Shown here piece by piece: positions 27,572 through 41,622 of a DNA stretch of 64,000 nt (position 1 is its first letter; each line of letters starts with the position of its first letter). Source of the stretch: Tubiluchus corallicola (taxonomy: Eukaryota > Animalia > Priapulida); assembly GCA_030141605.1 (NCBI GenBank), contig JAQGDQ010000166.1, positions 124,001-188,000 of the forward strand. The letters run 5' to 3'. A program made the position numbers and the translations under genes. Below the pieces are notes generated by a model. It saw only the letters and a list, made by a program, of their open reading frames with translations. It had not been told where the DNA came from and searched no databases.

Positions 27572-28084
27572 TTAATAAGAAGCTGTGAAAAATCCAGATT
27601 AGCGAGAAAAGTGACGACCGAGGGTGGTTCTAACTGTAAGATTTATCGAATAAGCAAGAGAAGTAACCTTCGATCATCGAGAAGCCACATTTTTACAAAG
27701 TCACCCTCACAAACATGAATAACTCACAAACCATAGCTAGTCAATTATGAACAGCCCTTGATGAGAATCAATTTTTGCAGGCAAAAAAATGGACTAGGAT
27801 TGAATGCCTTGACTGACCTTTCAGATGCTGATAAATTACTTTTGCTCACGGACGACAAACACAAGAACGTATCGTGAACAAGAAACCTACACAAGTAATC
27901 AGTTACCTAAACAAAAAGTGATAAAACAAGCGGACTTTAATCATAACCTCTGCATCAAAGCATCTGCTGCACAACGATAACTGATAAAAGGTAGAATTCT
28001 AAGTAGAATTTCTAATCAGAAAAGTCTTTTGATTGTGTAAGGCATCGTAACCATTATGAGCATCATTCCGCTCACTCGGTGATA

Positions 28085-28427
28085 CTTCTTTTCTTTTCAC
28101 TTCTCTTCTCTTCTCTTTTCTTCTCTTCCCTTTCCTTCTCTCCTCTTCTCTCTCCTGTTCTCTTCCCTTCCCTTTACTTTCTTTCTCTTCTCTTGTCTTC
28201 TCTTACCTTACCTTCTCTTCTCTACTCTTCTCTTTTCTTTTCTTTTCTTTTCTTTTCTTCTCTTCTCTTCTCTTCTCTTCTCTTGCCTTCTCTTTCCTTC
28301 CCTACCCTACCCTACCTACCTTCTCTTTCCTTCCCTACCCTACCCTACCCTACTCTACCCTGCCCTACCCTACCCTACCCTTCCCTTCCCTTCCCCTCCC
28401 CTCCCCTCCCCTCCCCTCCCCTCCCCT
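28085..28427. repeat. Pyrimidine-rich pentanucleotide tract (TTCTC)/(CCCTA)/(CCCCT)
   Basis: Seen directly. Confidence 0.9.
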
Positions 28428-28440
28428 GTTCAACGCCTCA

Positions 28441-28948
28441 AGCAAAACTGGATCCAATCTTAAACTGTAAGCGAAAACAATCGGCTCTTTAAGATATTGA
28501 AAGAAAACACACTATTTTTTTTTCAAAAATCACTTACGTGAAAGAATTATTACTACACAAACACATTTGGTGGTGTACCTCCCAGTTCAGGTGTGTTAGT
28601 CTGTGACAAATTACACACGTTTCACAGCTCATGCGTAAGTACAGCGGTAAATTTCAAATTCGAATTTTTATCTTAAAACTTGCTTAATTTTAGTACAACA
28701 CACTGAATATCTTACAGTAGCACTGTACTTCAATTTTCTCTTTCGCAAACACGCGCAACACGCTCGTGGAATGTTTTTGCTGTTGAAAATTACGCTAGTT
28801 TGTGATGTCATCAATAGTTTGTCCTCGCCTGCCATTAATTAAGATGGTACTTAATTATCAGAAACGCTTTTGCAGTATTAATTGTGTTAAAATGTATACT
28901 TTTTACCGCACTTGAAAATGGGGATATGAAAAATCGTTCCGCCTTCCT
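28441..28948 (-). mobile_element. Family C copy
   Basis: AGCAAAACTGGATCCAATCTTAAA ... AAAAATCGTTCCGCCTTCCT; contains CACTGAATATCTTACAGTAGCACTGTACTTC. Confidence 0.8.
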
Positions 28949-29278
28949 TTCAATAATTAATATTTCAGCCATAAGCTCTCCAATAATGGAGCAGCTTAAG
29001 TTCTTAACGGACGTGTTTTATTGAAATTTCTGCATGGAAAAGCCGCCGCGTGCTTTCAGAGAATGTCATCAATGAAAAGACAATAACATGTACTAGAGGA
29101 AGTCCATTTTCCACGACTCAGAGGGAAATCTTACTAGTCTCTCGCGATTTACAGTTAAATTAACATTTCTTGAAATGCATGAAATCGACTACGATTTAAG
29201 TAAAGAATATTGTTCGGCGGCTTTATAAAAAATAGGACTCAGAGTGGGATACGCGGAGAAAACACGAACTGTAATTAA

Positions 29279-30077
29279 AGGAAAGAACAGTCACTCACTA
29301 TGCTAGCTTTATTTTACTGTTTTCACTTAAACTGTTTGTGGTGTGCTAAAGGAAAGAACAAGTCACTCAGTATGTTGGGTTTATTTTAATGTCATCACTT
29401 AAACTGTTTGTGGTGTGCTAAAGGAAAGAACAACTCACTCAGTATGTTGGGTTTATTTTACAGTTATCACTTAAACTTAGAAAAATATAACAAAGAAATT
29501 TGCAAAGAACTGCCTATAAAGCATAAACTTAAAATATACTCCTTCTTAATAGAAATTTTCAGACGTGGTGGTCGCCGCCATTCACTTGAAAATATGACGT
29601 AACTGGTGGACTTCGTGACCTTTTGTTGATGTGTCGTGGCTTTCTGTAAGTGCGCGCTGCTTAAACAAATTCAGACTTATACAGCTTACCTAATGTTTAT
29701 GCAAAAATATTACAAAATTAGCTGTCTATTTTTTGGAAAAACTTATTATACTTTTCGCAAAGATGCCAGTGCGTTAATTTTCTTCAACACGAGTGACGTC
29801 ATTGGAAGAAAAATGGACATTAAAAATGGAAGCGCCCAAGCATGAAGTGATCGTGACTTTAAAGTAATTTTATTAGTTCTATTTTACTTCAGCACAAATG
29901 ACGTCATTGGAAGAAGACTGAGTATTAAATATGGGAGCGTCCAAGCATGAAGTGATCGCGAATTTAAAGTGATTTTACTAATTACACGAGGCCCTTCCAG
30001 TTTTATTAAAAAATTCTTCCAACATTTTTCGTGAACATTGAAATAAGGCTAACTTCCTAAAACACCTGACCTTTCCT
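29279..30077 (+). mobile_element. Family B copy with triplicated left end and an internal duplication
   Basis: TTAA|AGGAAAGAACA.. repeated three times at ~70 bp spacing; ends CCTGACCTTTCCT|TTAA. Confidence 0.85.
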
Positions 30078-31137
30078 TTAATGTACCTATTTCCGATGGA
30101 TAAATGCGAATCTTTTCACAATATAAAGTAATCTACCTTTGTTTAGTTAGTGAAGAGTGTGTTAGTTAGTTGGTTGGTTGGTTGGTTGGTTGGTTGGTTG
30201 GTTGGTTGGTTAGTTAGTTAGTGCTACGAATGCCCGGATTATTTTTTCAAACTTTATGACGTATGACGTAACCTTGTTTCAAATAATTACCTACCGTTAA
30301 AACATCTGCGTCTAACAGTCATCGCGAGAGTATAAATGTACAAGTTTTATACAGTGCCGACACCAGCTCTGTATGCAATATGTGTAAGCTTTGCAAGATT
30401 TCGTAACGAATTTTATTTATGAAGAGTGTCTTCTTGTGGTTTAAATCATCATCATAACGATGATACTGAGTTACTGTCACACATTTCGCTTTGATTCAGA
30501 ATTTAAGTTATTTTCTTTTCTTGTATAGAAGAACTCAACATGTAACAATTGCACTGAACTTGCGTGATAAAACGAAGTTTTGAATGAAATGTGTCTTGAT
30601 GTTTTGAATGAAATGTGAAATACTTGCAGCAATCATGCAACCAGACTGGTTTGAAATTGCCTTTAGAAAGACGTTTTATTAGTTTTCCTGTTGAAATTTC
30701 TGGATATTTAATGTTGAAATCCATTAGGAATGATGGCGGGAAAAATAATATCAGACAAATAAGTTGTTCGTCAGTGTCGAATTCAGTCATTTTGGTGACG
30801 TGTTTTGGTGAAAATTTCAAGGTAATTCAGCTAAATACAAGGCTCTTTGATGGTGGGAGGAAATTAATGAAACCAACTCTGTCCCTGCTGGAGAGAGACT
30901 TCAAAGCCAAAGTGAAACTCCACAATAGGACGTGATTCATCGTCTACAATGTAAATAGAGAGTATTTACTAAAAACGATTTTGAAAAGAAATTTTAGATG
31001 CTGGAAAAGTTTTCAACTTTCTGAACAAATATGGGAAAATTTCGCAAAATCAATATTTACAACTCGTTGTTAACTTTTTATTAGTTTCCAATAATTTAAA
31101 CAGTTTATAGTAGCTATCTGAGAAGAGAGGGTGCACT

Positions 31138-31557
31138 ATTCATTCATTCATTCATTCATTCATTCATTCATTCATTCATTCATTCACGTTTTTTTTCGTT
31201 CATTTACTCACTCACTCACTCACTGATTCATTCACTCATCCATTCATTCACACACTCGCTTACTCACTCATTCACTCATTCATTCATTCATTCATTCATA
31301 CATTCATTAGTACACTGGCCCACTCACTTACTCATTCACTCACTCACTCACTCACTCACTCACTCACTCACTCACTCACTCATTCATTCATTCATTCATT
31401 CATTCACTCACTAACAAATTCATTCACTTGTTCATTCATCCATTCTGTCCTCCATCCATTCATTTATCTGTTCACTCACTCACTCACTCGCTCACTCACT
31501 CACTCATTCACTCACTAGCTAATTCATTCATTCATTCTTCATTCACTCATTCATTCA
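31138..31557. repeat. (CATT)/(CACT) microsatellite
   Basis: Seen directly. Confidence 0.95.
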
Positions 31558-31876
31558 ACAAATCCACCTTTCTTTCTGACTTATGAAAAGAAGAACACCA
31601 ACAGATGATTAAAACAGTCTGAAATGAGAACCACGTAACATGATATCTGCTAAATGCTGTTGAGCAGCGTTCATAATAGGACTGTCAACCATCAGAGGTT
31701 GCTAATATTTGTTCAATCATCGTATCACTTGTATGAGCATCTGAAAACTCCCTTGACATTAGAGAATCTGGGAGAATGGGGGCGGCATTTAGTCCATTAA
31801 ACAATTAAGCATCGTACAATAACGGTAACGGTAGCCGTAGTTGCTCATTGTAGTCTACTTCAAATTACAGGAAAGC

Positions 31877-32315
31877 AGGAAGACTAGATGATTTCTTATA
31901 TACTACCCCATTTTCAATTCCGGTAAAAAGTATACATTTTAACTCAATTTATATTGCAAAGGCGTTTCCGATAATTAAATAATAGATTAAAAACTTAATT
32001 AACGCCGGGCGAACCCAACTATTGATGACATCACAAACATAGATAATTTTCAAAAGCAAAAATATTCTACGAGCGTGTTGCGCATGTTTATGGAAGTACA
32101 GTGCTACTGTAAGATATTCAGTGTGTTGGACTAAAACTATGCAAGTTTTAAGATAAAAACTCAAATTTCAAATTTACCGCTGTGCTCACGCATGAGCTGT
32201 CCAACGTGTGCAGTACGTCAGAACCTAACATATCTGAATTGAGAGGTACAGCACTTGTTTTTGTGCAACGCAAAATTACAAAGTGCAGACACTAGTGTCC
32301 GTCTAACTAGTGAAT
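31877..32315 (+). mobile_element. Family C, partial copy
   Basis: AGGAAGACTAGATGATTT...GAAGTACAGTGCTACTGTAAGATATTCAGTGTG. Confidence 0.75.
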
Positions 32316-33246
32316 TTTGATTTTCAATAAAAAAATATGATAATGACTGAGCTGAGCTTACAAAATTTTACAGTATTGTAACATTTCATTATAGTACTTG
32401 CAAAAATTCGTGTGATTTCTTATTCATAAACTTTTAAAATATTAAAACAGATCTGAAATAGAAAATTGCTATTCATAATTGACGTTAAGGATGTAAAGTC
32501 TGCATTGTTGAATCTTCTCCAAATTTCAACTGTTAAATGACAGTCCATCAAAACGTGATTTTCAGTTTAGATTTCTCCATAATTACAAAGTCTGTCTTCT
32601 ATTTTCATTGCGCCATGTAATAAATTGTTCTGTGCTCTTACGTTTTGGTTCTGTACCCTCTGTATTTACAACCGATTGAGCGTTTTTCTTAGCAATTCGT
32701 TTCCAATTTAATAAGCTGTTATCACGGAGATTGTGTAAGTAATTCTGATAGCTCAACAAGACGATTTACTTACAACACTAATACTGGTGGTAAGACCGGT
32801 ATCTACTTAGTATCAAGGATCTTTATTATCCTCTAGGATAAAACAGGCTTACGAAATTTCTGAGTTGTGATGAATAGGTAACAGGAAACGCTTTTAGCAA
32901 TTCTCATCCATTTATTTACTAAACAGTCTTAGTGTTGCTAAGCGCACGCCGTGACCGTTCAGCTATTGCTTTCGTCCATGTATGAGTTATAACAGAAGCA
33001 CTTGCCTAGATTTACGACAGCTCGTAATGCACGAGTCGACTGCTAAAAATCACCAATATTTCACCTGCAAGTAACATTACTACCAAGCAGCTTCGTGAAT
33101 GATCTTTTTAAACTATTTTATTGTTCTGCTGTAGTTCAAAAACAAATGCGTCTTGCGAAGATGGAAATAGCAACGTCTCTACTTTCATTTGTTCCTATTT
33201 CGAAGAAAGTTTTAGCTTGAAAAGCGCAAAACATGTTTTATTTTAA

Positions 33247-33911
33247 AAGACAAGAAGAAGGGTACCTGAAGTAGATTTCAGAGAAATCGCCTTAAAATTA
33301 TATTACTTTACAGCAATTTTATACGTGTATTGTACTCGCGCTGAAAGGATTTTTCGTTTGTTTTCATTTTAAATTTCCCACAATACTGTTCCGACCACGC
33401 CATTACATGACGTCATACACGCACAACGTAAATCGGGGGAAGAAAAGGAAATGTTAAATTTTATACCAAAAAAATTTTCCATGCAAACTTATATTACTTA
33501 GGATTTCGCTTACGTGTTGGAAAGACTTATGTAACTAGAATAGAAAATTAATAATTATTTAGAATGTTTTCACCATCGGTAAAATGTCGCGCAAGAGTGC
33601 GCTAGTCACTAACCAAAAGGTATACTTAATCTTATTGACAAGATACAGTCATTTAAAGTTTTACTTAGTTAGTGTGCGCTACGAATGCTCTGATTATTTT
33701 TCAAACTTCACACGGTGTTATCTAAACTATTTTCAAATGACCCTACCGTTAAAATGACTGCGTCTAACGGTCATTGCGGGTATTTAAATCTACAAGTTTT
33801 ACACAGCGTTACTGTTAATGCAAGCTCTGTATGCAATAAAACAGCATGTAATGATGCGAAATTTCAAGGAGAAGTTTTTAAGCTTTGTTTACGAAGAATT
33901 CTCTTTACGCT
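33247..33911 (+). mobile_element. Family A, full copy
   Basis: TTAA|AAGACAAGAAGAAGGGTACCTGAAGTAG ... TCTCTTTACGCT|TTAA. Confidence 0.8.
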
Positions 33912-33916
33912 TTAAC

Positions 33917-34104
33917 CCAGACAGTACATTGAAAGCAGACAGACAGTACACTGAATACAGACAGAGAGTACATTGAATACAGACAGACAGTACATTGAAC
34001 ACAGACAGACAGTACATTGAAAGCAGACAGACAGTACATTGAAAGCAGACAGACAGTACACTGAATCAGGCAGGCAGTACATTGAATACAGACAGACAGT
34101 ACAG
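33917..34104 (+). repeat. 22-bp minisatellite, about 8 units
   Basis: Unit ACAGTACATTGAA(AG/TA)CAGACAG. Confidence 0.9.
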
Positions 34105-34701
34105 TTTCACAGAATAATTATGTTAATAATTCACAAATTCCCAGGCGTCCAATTATTTCCGTATCCGGCACTGACAGTTTTCTGGTACCCAATCCGCCTA
34201 GTACATGTCTACCTAATTGTTCTGCACTTACAATACTAAATATATTATATTCTTGTAATACATTGTTGTCAACGGGAATTACTTCGCAACGAAGACGATA
34301 TTCGATGTGTTATTTCAGCACCTACTCCTAAATGACAGTTAATTTGTTGCTGTATTCATTAATTCATCAACTATCAAGCTAGCTTCAACTAATCATTTAT
34401 TTACAAGTCGTAAAAATTTTATGTGAAGCCAGTGAGTAGGAAATGTTTACAATCATTTAGGGCTCTACATACACCTAAAACTCATAATTCAATAATTAAC
34501 AGCTGTTAATAGGGCTTCTTAATATACACACGCACACGCACACGCACACGCACACGCACCCACGCACGCACGCACGCACACACGCACACACACACGCACA
34601 GAAAACATTACTCTAGTACATGTGTTATTGTTAACGCTAGTTGAACTAAGCTTTTGCCAATAGAAACCTTGACTGTAAAAAACTATGTTACGATACATGT
34701 T

Positions 34702-35234
34702 TAGGGCCAGATTTTGATTTTGTAGGCCCTGGGCTGGATTTTGATTTTGTAGGCTCGTGGGCTAGATTTTGATTTTGTAGGTCCTGGGCTGGATTTTGAA
34801 TTTGTAGGTCCTGGGCTGGATTTTGATTTTGTAGGCCCTGGGCTGGATTTTCATTTTGTAGGCCCCTGAGCTAAATTTTAATTACGTAGGCCCCTGGGCT
34901 GGATTTTGATTTTGTAGGCCCTTGGGCTGGATTTTGATTTTGTAGGCTCGTGGGCTAGATTTTGATTTTGTAGGTCCTGGGCTGGATTTTGATTTTGTAG
35001 GCCCCTGGGCTGGATTTTGATTTTGTAGGCTCCGAGCTAAATTTTAATTATGTAGGCGCCCGAGCTGGATTTTGACTATGTAGGCCCTTGAACTGGATTT
35101 TGACTACGTAGGCCTCTGAGCTGGATTGTGATTATGTAGGCCTCTAAGCTGGATTTTTATTATGTGGGCCCATCGGCTGGATTTTCATTCTGTAGGCCGC
35201 TAGGCTGAATTTAGATTTTGTAGGCCCTGGGCTA
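34702..35234 (+). repeat. 27-29 bp minisatellite, about 19 units
   Basis: Unit GGGCTGGATTTTGATTTTGTAGGCCCT, degenerating rightwards. Confidence 0.9.
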
Positions 35235-36350
35235 CAGATACTGTGAGGTCCCAGTGACAATTAACAAAAGCATGAATGATGGATTCTTCAAGTCAGTTTA
35301 TTCAACTTCTATAACATAATGCCAACATTACACAGATGTGTGCAAGTCTAAAAAAACAAAAAAGAAGAGATTTTTTCTGATCTTTACAAAATTAAAAGAA
35401 GTTTGTAAAATCTTAAATATAATGTACACAAATTACTATGAATAAATTACTGGCATTTTAACGAACATCATAAAATATACTGTTACCAGAACTAATTAAC
35501 TTTTCACAGTAAATTGATTTCACTTAATCTCTGGAGGCCCTCAGCTGGGGAGGACCCTATACTGTAGCCTGTAAAGCCCACGCATTAATCGCTATTTTTT
35601 AAACAGGTGTTGCGAAGATGATCAGCTGTTCTTCGTGCATATATAAGTTGTAACAGAAACACTGGCCTAGATTTACGACAGCTCGTAATGCACGAGTCAA
35701 CTGCTAAAAATCACCAATATTTCACCTGCAAGTAACATTACTACCAAGCAGCTTCGTGAAAGATCTTTCATTTTAAACTATTTTATTGCTCTGCTGCAGT
35801 TACATATGTTGAGTTACATAAATAAAAGGTTGACTCACAATGTGACACAAACGCAGACAGCATTAATTTAAAATGAAATAAGGCTTACTGGTACACAAAA
35901 CTAATACAGACTACATTTGATTATAGAATTTTTATAGCGGAATGTTTAATAGTGGAAATTTCAATACTGAACTACCGAATTGCACGGAGAATAGATTGAC
36001 AAATACCGCAACACACATACTAGTCAGTTAATAAATTAAGTTGAACAAAGCTGGTTTACATACATAATTAGCACATGATTTAATTTCAATTTCGTTGGTA
36101 AAAAGACGGGTAATTTAATCATGTTTAGCTAGAAGACATTTCATTTCACAGATACTAAATATAGGTGACCTATTACATGTTGCTGTAAATGAATATCCTA
36201 ATTCCGATTGCTCGTAAAAATTATCGTCGTAAATTATTAATAGTGCGAGCTATATTTAAAGAAAGGTTTCCCATGCTGCTCACGATTACGTACCTCCTTT
36301 ATCGTGATTATATATTAAGCGCATGACACTACTCTGTCCTCTGAATTTAA

Positions 36351-36818
36351 AGGAATTTAAATTTGGAAAATATAACAAAGAAATTTGCAAAAAACGTTTA
36401 TAAAGAAAAAAGATCATTTATACTGCAGCACTATGGAAATTTTCAAGGGCGTGGTAGCCAATTTGAAAATCATGACGTAACTGGTGGACTTCGTACCTTC
36501 TAGTGCCTCCTGGCTTAAACTAATTCAAATATCTGCAGTTTTTTGCTTAATGTTCACGCAAAAATACCACAAAATTAGCCATCTAATATTTTGCATATTA
36601 TACTTGTGACGAAAATTGACAGTGTGCTGCTTTTGTTCAGCCGATGAATGACGTCACTGGTGGAAAAATGGGAGCAGCAATGCGTGAAGTGATAGCGACT
36701 TTAAAATGATTTTTACTAATTACACACGGCAGTTAGGACGTTTTTATTACTAAATTCCTCTAATATTTTTCGCGGACATTCAAATGCGCCAAATTTCCGT
36801 GAAGACTTGACGTTTCCT
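36351..36818 (+). mobile_element. Family B, diverged copy
   Basis: TTAA|AGGAA.. ... GAAGACTTGACGTTTCCT|TTAA. Confidence 0.75.
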
Positions 36819-37467
36819 TTAATGTGATAATTAATTAAGTCCTCACAAATACGTCCTCCTTGAGGATTCCACTAGGGGACGTATACAGTTACTGTCAAAG
36901 ATAAAATAATTATCTTTGCATTTATGATGAAGTGTTTGCAAAACGCGCACCAATTACGCATGCGCAGCCATGCAGATTTTAAAATTCTGCATCTCGTTTT
37001 CCCTTTCAAATTGCTTTCCAGTCCCTGCGGTTTTAAAGTTTCATAAACGTGAATACCAACTGATACCCGTTGAAAAACCGTGAATTGAAAAAAATGGCTG
37101 AAAGGCTTTGTTGTCGGTGGATAAAATTTCCCGATTCGTGATTCGGCTTTTCGAATTGAGTCGAATGTCTACAAACTCTGACACGGAGAGATATCGTTCT
37201 CTCCACGCAAAACTTAGTCTTGAATAAGCATAGCGGATAATTAATAGAGTGTTGTGCAAACTCGAGCACAATATTGTGCATTATTGCACGCGAACTCTAA
37301 ACATAGAAATCAGAAAACGTGTGAAAAAGCTCTACTTTGTCGTGTATGCAGCAGTTATAGTTTACACGTAGTAAGGTTACACATGTTTTGTTTTCGCCGG
37401 AAAGGGCTGACAATTACGTCTTTACTGTGGAAGACCTACGCGAAATATCAAGCTGCGTATGCATTTG

Positions 37468-37850
<383 letters not shown>

Positions 37851-38755
37851 CACCATCACCGATATGTTCGTCCGTCAGTTCTTCTGTTGTTTGTTTGCCT
37901 GGCTGCCTGGCTGTAATTTAATGATGATTACAACCACGAAAGGTGGAAAAAACGCTGGTGTTTTCAGATGTTTTTTCCTTAGTAACATACTCTGGCACTG
38001 TCATCTCGAACGATTCCAACAACAGTTCAGAGACAATTAAATAGGAATTCGAATTTTATGAAAACAGACATAGGCGTTTGTACGAAAGCGCGTCTGGGCC
38101 AATCTGAAACTCGTTTAACGAAACAGCTTCGCTCTGAAATCCGGAAACTCAACTTGATCTCCTTCATTCTGAAAACTGATGGGCGAGGCGGATCGAGAAA
38201 GGGGGTGTTTGCTGTAGGTTTAACTACACCGAGAAACAGCTAACCGTGGTAGAATGAAATCAGAAAAGCAAAGCCCAGTTTGCTTAGCCGTCACCGTAAG
38301 CATGCTGCTATTAGAGCAATTAATCTTAATAAGCTAAACGATGAAGAAACGATCAATGCAGCAGCTTCCCTGGCATCTCTGCGGATGAGGTAGTAGATAA
38401 ACAGTATAAGAAACCCATCAAGACTTTAGCTCGTTCTGCTGCTAATTGAGCAATCCTCGGTGGCTAATTGATGACTTTTAGCTTAGAGGTTTTATACTAA
38501 AAGCCACATTAAGACTGACGTACGGCAAAAACACGGCAACTGCAAGCGTGTTTCGACGCGTGACTGCCCACTACGTGGACACTGGACACTTTAGATCTCC
38601 AGCTCTAAAAATCTAACAGGGGAATAAAAGGCAATTTTAAATTACTTTCCACACAAAGTCATATTACTAAGCATTTTATACTTACGTGTGAAAAACTTAT
38701 GTAATAGGAAGAGAATGTAATTGGAAAAGAAAATTCTTAATAATTCATTGCCAAT

Positions 38756-39583
38756 ACTAAATTCTGCGCAGCGCTTCCGACACAATGTCGAGAACAAGAC
38801 TAAATTCTGCGCAGCGCTTCCGACACAATGTCGAGAACAAGACTAAATTCTGCGCAGCGCGTCCGACACAATGTCGAGAAGAAGACTAAATTCTGCGCAG
38901 CGCTTCCGACACAATGTCGAGAAGAAGACTAAATTCTGCGCAGCGCTTCCGACACAATGTCGAGAAGAAGACTAAATTCTGCGCAGCGCGTCCGACACAA
39001 TGTCGAGAACAAGACTAAATTCTGCGCAGCGCTTCCGACACAATGTCGAGAACAAGACTAAATTCTGCGCAGCGCTTCCGATACAATGTCGAGAACAAGA
39101 CTAAATTCTGCACAGCGCTTCCGACACAATGTCGAGAACAAGACTAAATTCTGCGCAGCGCTTCCGACACAATGTCGAGAACAAGACTAAATTCTGCGCA
39201 GCGCTTCCGACACAATGTCGAGAACAAGACTAAATTCTGCACAGCGCTTCCGACACAATGTCGAGAACAAGACTAAATTCTGCGCAGCGCTTCCGACACA
39301 ATGTCGAGAACAAGACTAAATTCTGCGCAGCGCTTCCGACACAATGTCGAGAACAAGACTAAATTCTGCGCAGCGCTTCCGACACAATGTCGAGAACAAG
39401 ACTAAATTCTGCGCAGCGCTTCCGATACAATGTCGAGAACAAGACTAAATTCTGCACAGCGCTTCCGACACAATGTCGAGAACAAGACTAAATTCTGCGC
39501 AGCGCTTCCGACACAATGTCGAGAACAAGACTAAATTCTGCGCAGCGCGTCCGACACAATGTCGAGAACAAGACTAAATTCTG
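38756..39583 (+). repeat. 43-bp minisatellite, 19 near-identical units
   Basis: Unit GACTAAATTCTGCGCAGCGCTTCCGACACAATGTCGAGAACAA; CTAAATTCTG at 38757 and 39574 is 19 x 43 apart; no spacers. Confidence 0.97.
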
Positions 39584-40261
39584 ATATCATGTCGAAAACT
39601 TGAATTTACTTTTTGATTCGCTTGTTTGTTTTCTGCTCAGATAAGAAAGGAGAGACGTTGTATCAAACTAAATGAACCGGAAAGGTTGTCCTCGTAAAAG
39701 TTTATTATTAATATCTGTTGTACAATTTTTAATTTATTCCTTTATATAGTAAATGAAACGAATAAACCATAAATTAAAGCATCATGATTACTTATTTACA
39801 ATTCCAAAACACGATTCATAATAACAATCCTGTGAAATAAAACAAAGTAAAACAAAGGATATTAGTAGTGTGTCACAACAATAGTGTGTCACAACAATAG
39901 CAGTTTGCAAGTTCAATATATCATTTAGGGAAAACTTATATTTCCCAGAACGGGGAGGAACTATACCCCTTACCTACAGTGCACTTATTCGTGGGAAAAA
40001 ATGTATTCCTCATAGCATTTGGAGAGAGACCTGTACCGTCCATTTTACGGAAGATCATCTTTTTCCCAATCTCTTAATTCCTGCCTCAAACTTTATACCG
40101 GGTCATATTCATTCAACACGTTAAGTAGTTAGTGAGGCGCTAAGTTAAATCTTTCTATTTACAAACTTGTACAATAGAACTACAGAGGCAATTATGTACA
40201 TACATTCGTAGGTACTTTCTACAGTTATTTACATGAGGCAAATACTTAATTTGCTACTCGG

Positions 40262-40630
40262 AAATGTTCGCGCCGCCTGGTAAAACGGCACTGCATCGCC
40301 ATCCCAGTGTGCATCACTGGTTCACAAGAACATAACACATTATTAACTTATTAACAACATAAAGTAATTTAAACTTGCTTAATTAACGAAGAGTGCACTA
40401 CGAACGATTATTTTTTCCAAGAATATGCAACGTTATCTAAACTTGTTTCAAATGACTTATCCTTAAAATGGCTCCGCCTAACGGACATCGAGGGAATTTA
40501 AACTTACAACTTTCACACAGCGTTACTGCTACTGCAAGCTCTGTGCGCAATAAGACAACATGTAAGTGGTACAAAATTTCAAGACGAATTTTTTAAGCCT
40601 CATTCACGCAGAGCGTTTTCGTGTTCTTTT
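40262..40630 (+). mobile_element. Family A variant, right half (left part at ~38620-38745)
   Basis: Colinear with 4080-4367; the matching upstream segment TTGGAAAAGAAAATTCTTAATAATT lies at 38721-38745. Confidence 0.6.
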
Positions 40631-41399
40631 AGTTGAATTGCTATTAATCATCCTACTCTAGAGACTAATTATCTTCGTCAAATTCCATTATCACACGATT
40701 TATTAGTGTTATTATAGTGTAAAATAACATCGAGTGAAAAATTATGTGAAATTTAAGAAGACATGTTTTAAACCTGCTCAAAAACTGTCATTACAAAATA
40801 GTAACAAGGTTGTTACAGAGAAATTAGTAACTATTACATTTTATTTGGTCGTACATTACAAAAAGTAGTAAGTTAGCGAGAATAGCTTGTTTCGACTGAA
40901 GTTTCTTATCAACACTGACAAATAGACTTGCCATCAAAACTGCATTTCAAAATTTTTTTCTCCAGCAAAATTATGTGACAAATATTCCTTTTTTTTCCTC
41001 AAATTTACGTTTTCGGGACGTCCCTGATGATGACTATTGACAATTTCTTTATCGTTATAGTGAAGAATGACGATAACGACAATGGCCGTGTCTACGGCGA
41101 TGATGGTGACGATTTTTCACTCTTGTGTCAAATTTCTGATCTTATTTTGCCTCCAAAAGAATATCGCAACCTTGTCTATTGCCCCAGTCGTGTTACGCGT
41201 GAGACGCCCTTCGTTAAAAATGCTTATCAATCACTTTCCCTCCTGGGTTTCGCCCTGCGTGACTTCCGTTTTATAAGCTGTGATCGATTGATGACTGAAC
41301 ATTCCTGTAAGGGGGATTGAAGTCACTTCAAACTACAATGGAACAAATACCACTAGAGTAGAACAACTATAATTGTTTTATAAAGGAAACTGAGAAGAT

Positions 41400-41622
41400 A
41401 GCGATGACGACGATGATAATGATGGCGACGACGATGACAGATAATAATACCGACGATTGATAATAATGACAGTGAAAAAATGGCGATTACGACAACGATG
41501 ATAATGATCGTTATGACTATAACAATGACGACAATGACAACTATAATGATGACGACAACAATGATGACAATAAGGATGATGACTACTATGACGGTGATAA
41601 CGATAATGATGACCACTATGAC
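41400..41622. repeat. Degenerate (GAT/GAC/AAT) triplet tract
   Basis: Seen directly. Confidence 0.85.

Noticed and set aside
38756-39583. CRISPR array (palindromic 43-bp repeats)
   Set aside because: Units are head to tail with no unique spacers, there are no cas genes, and the context is a eukaryotic intron.
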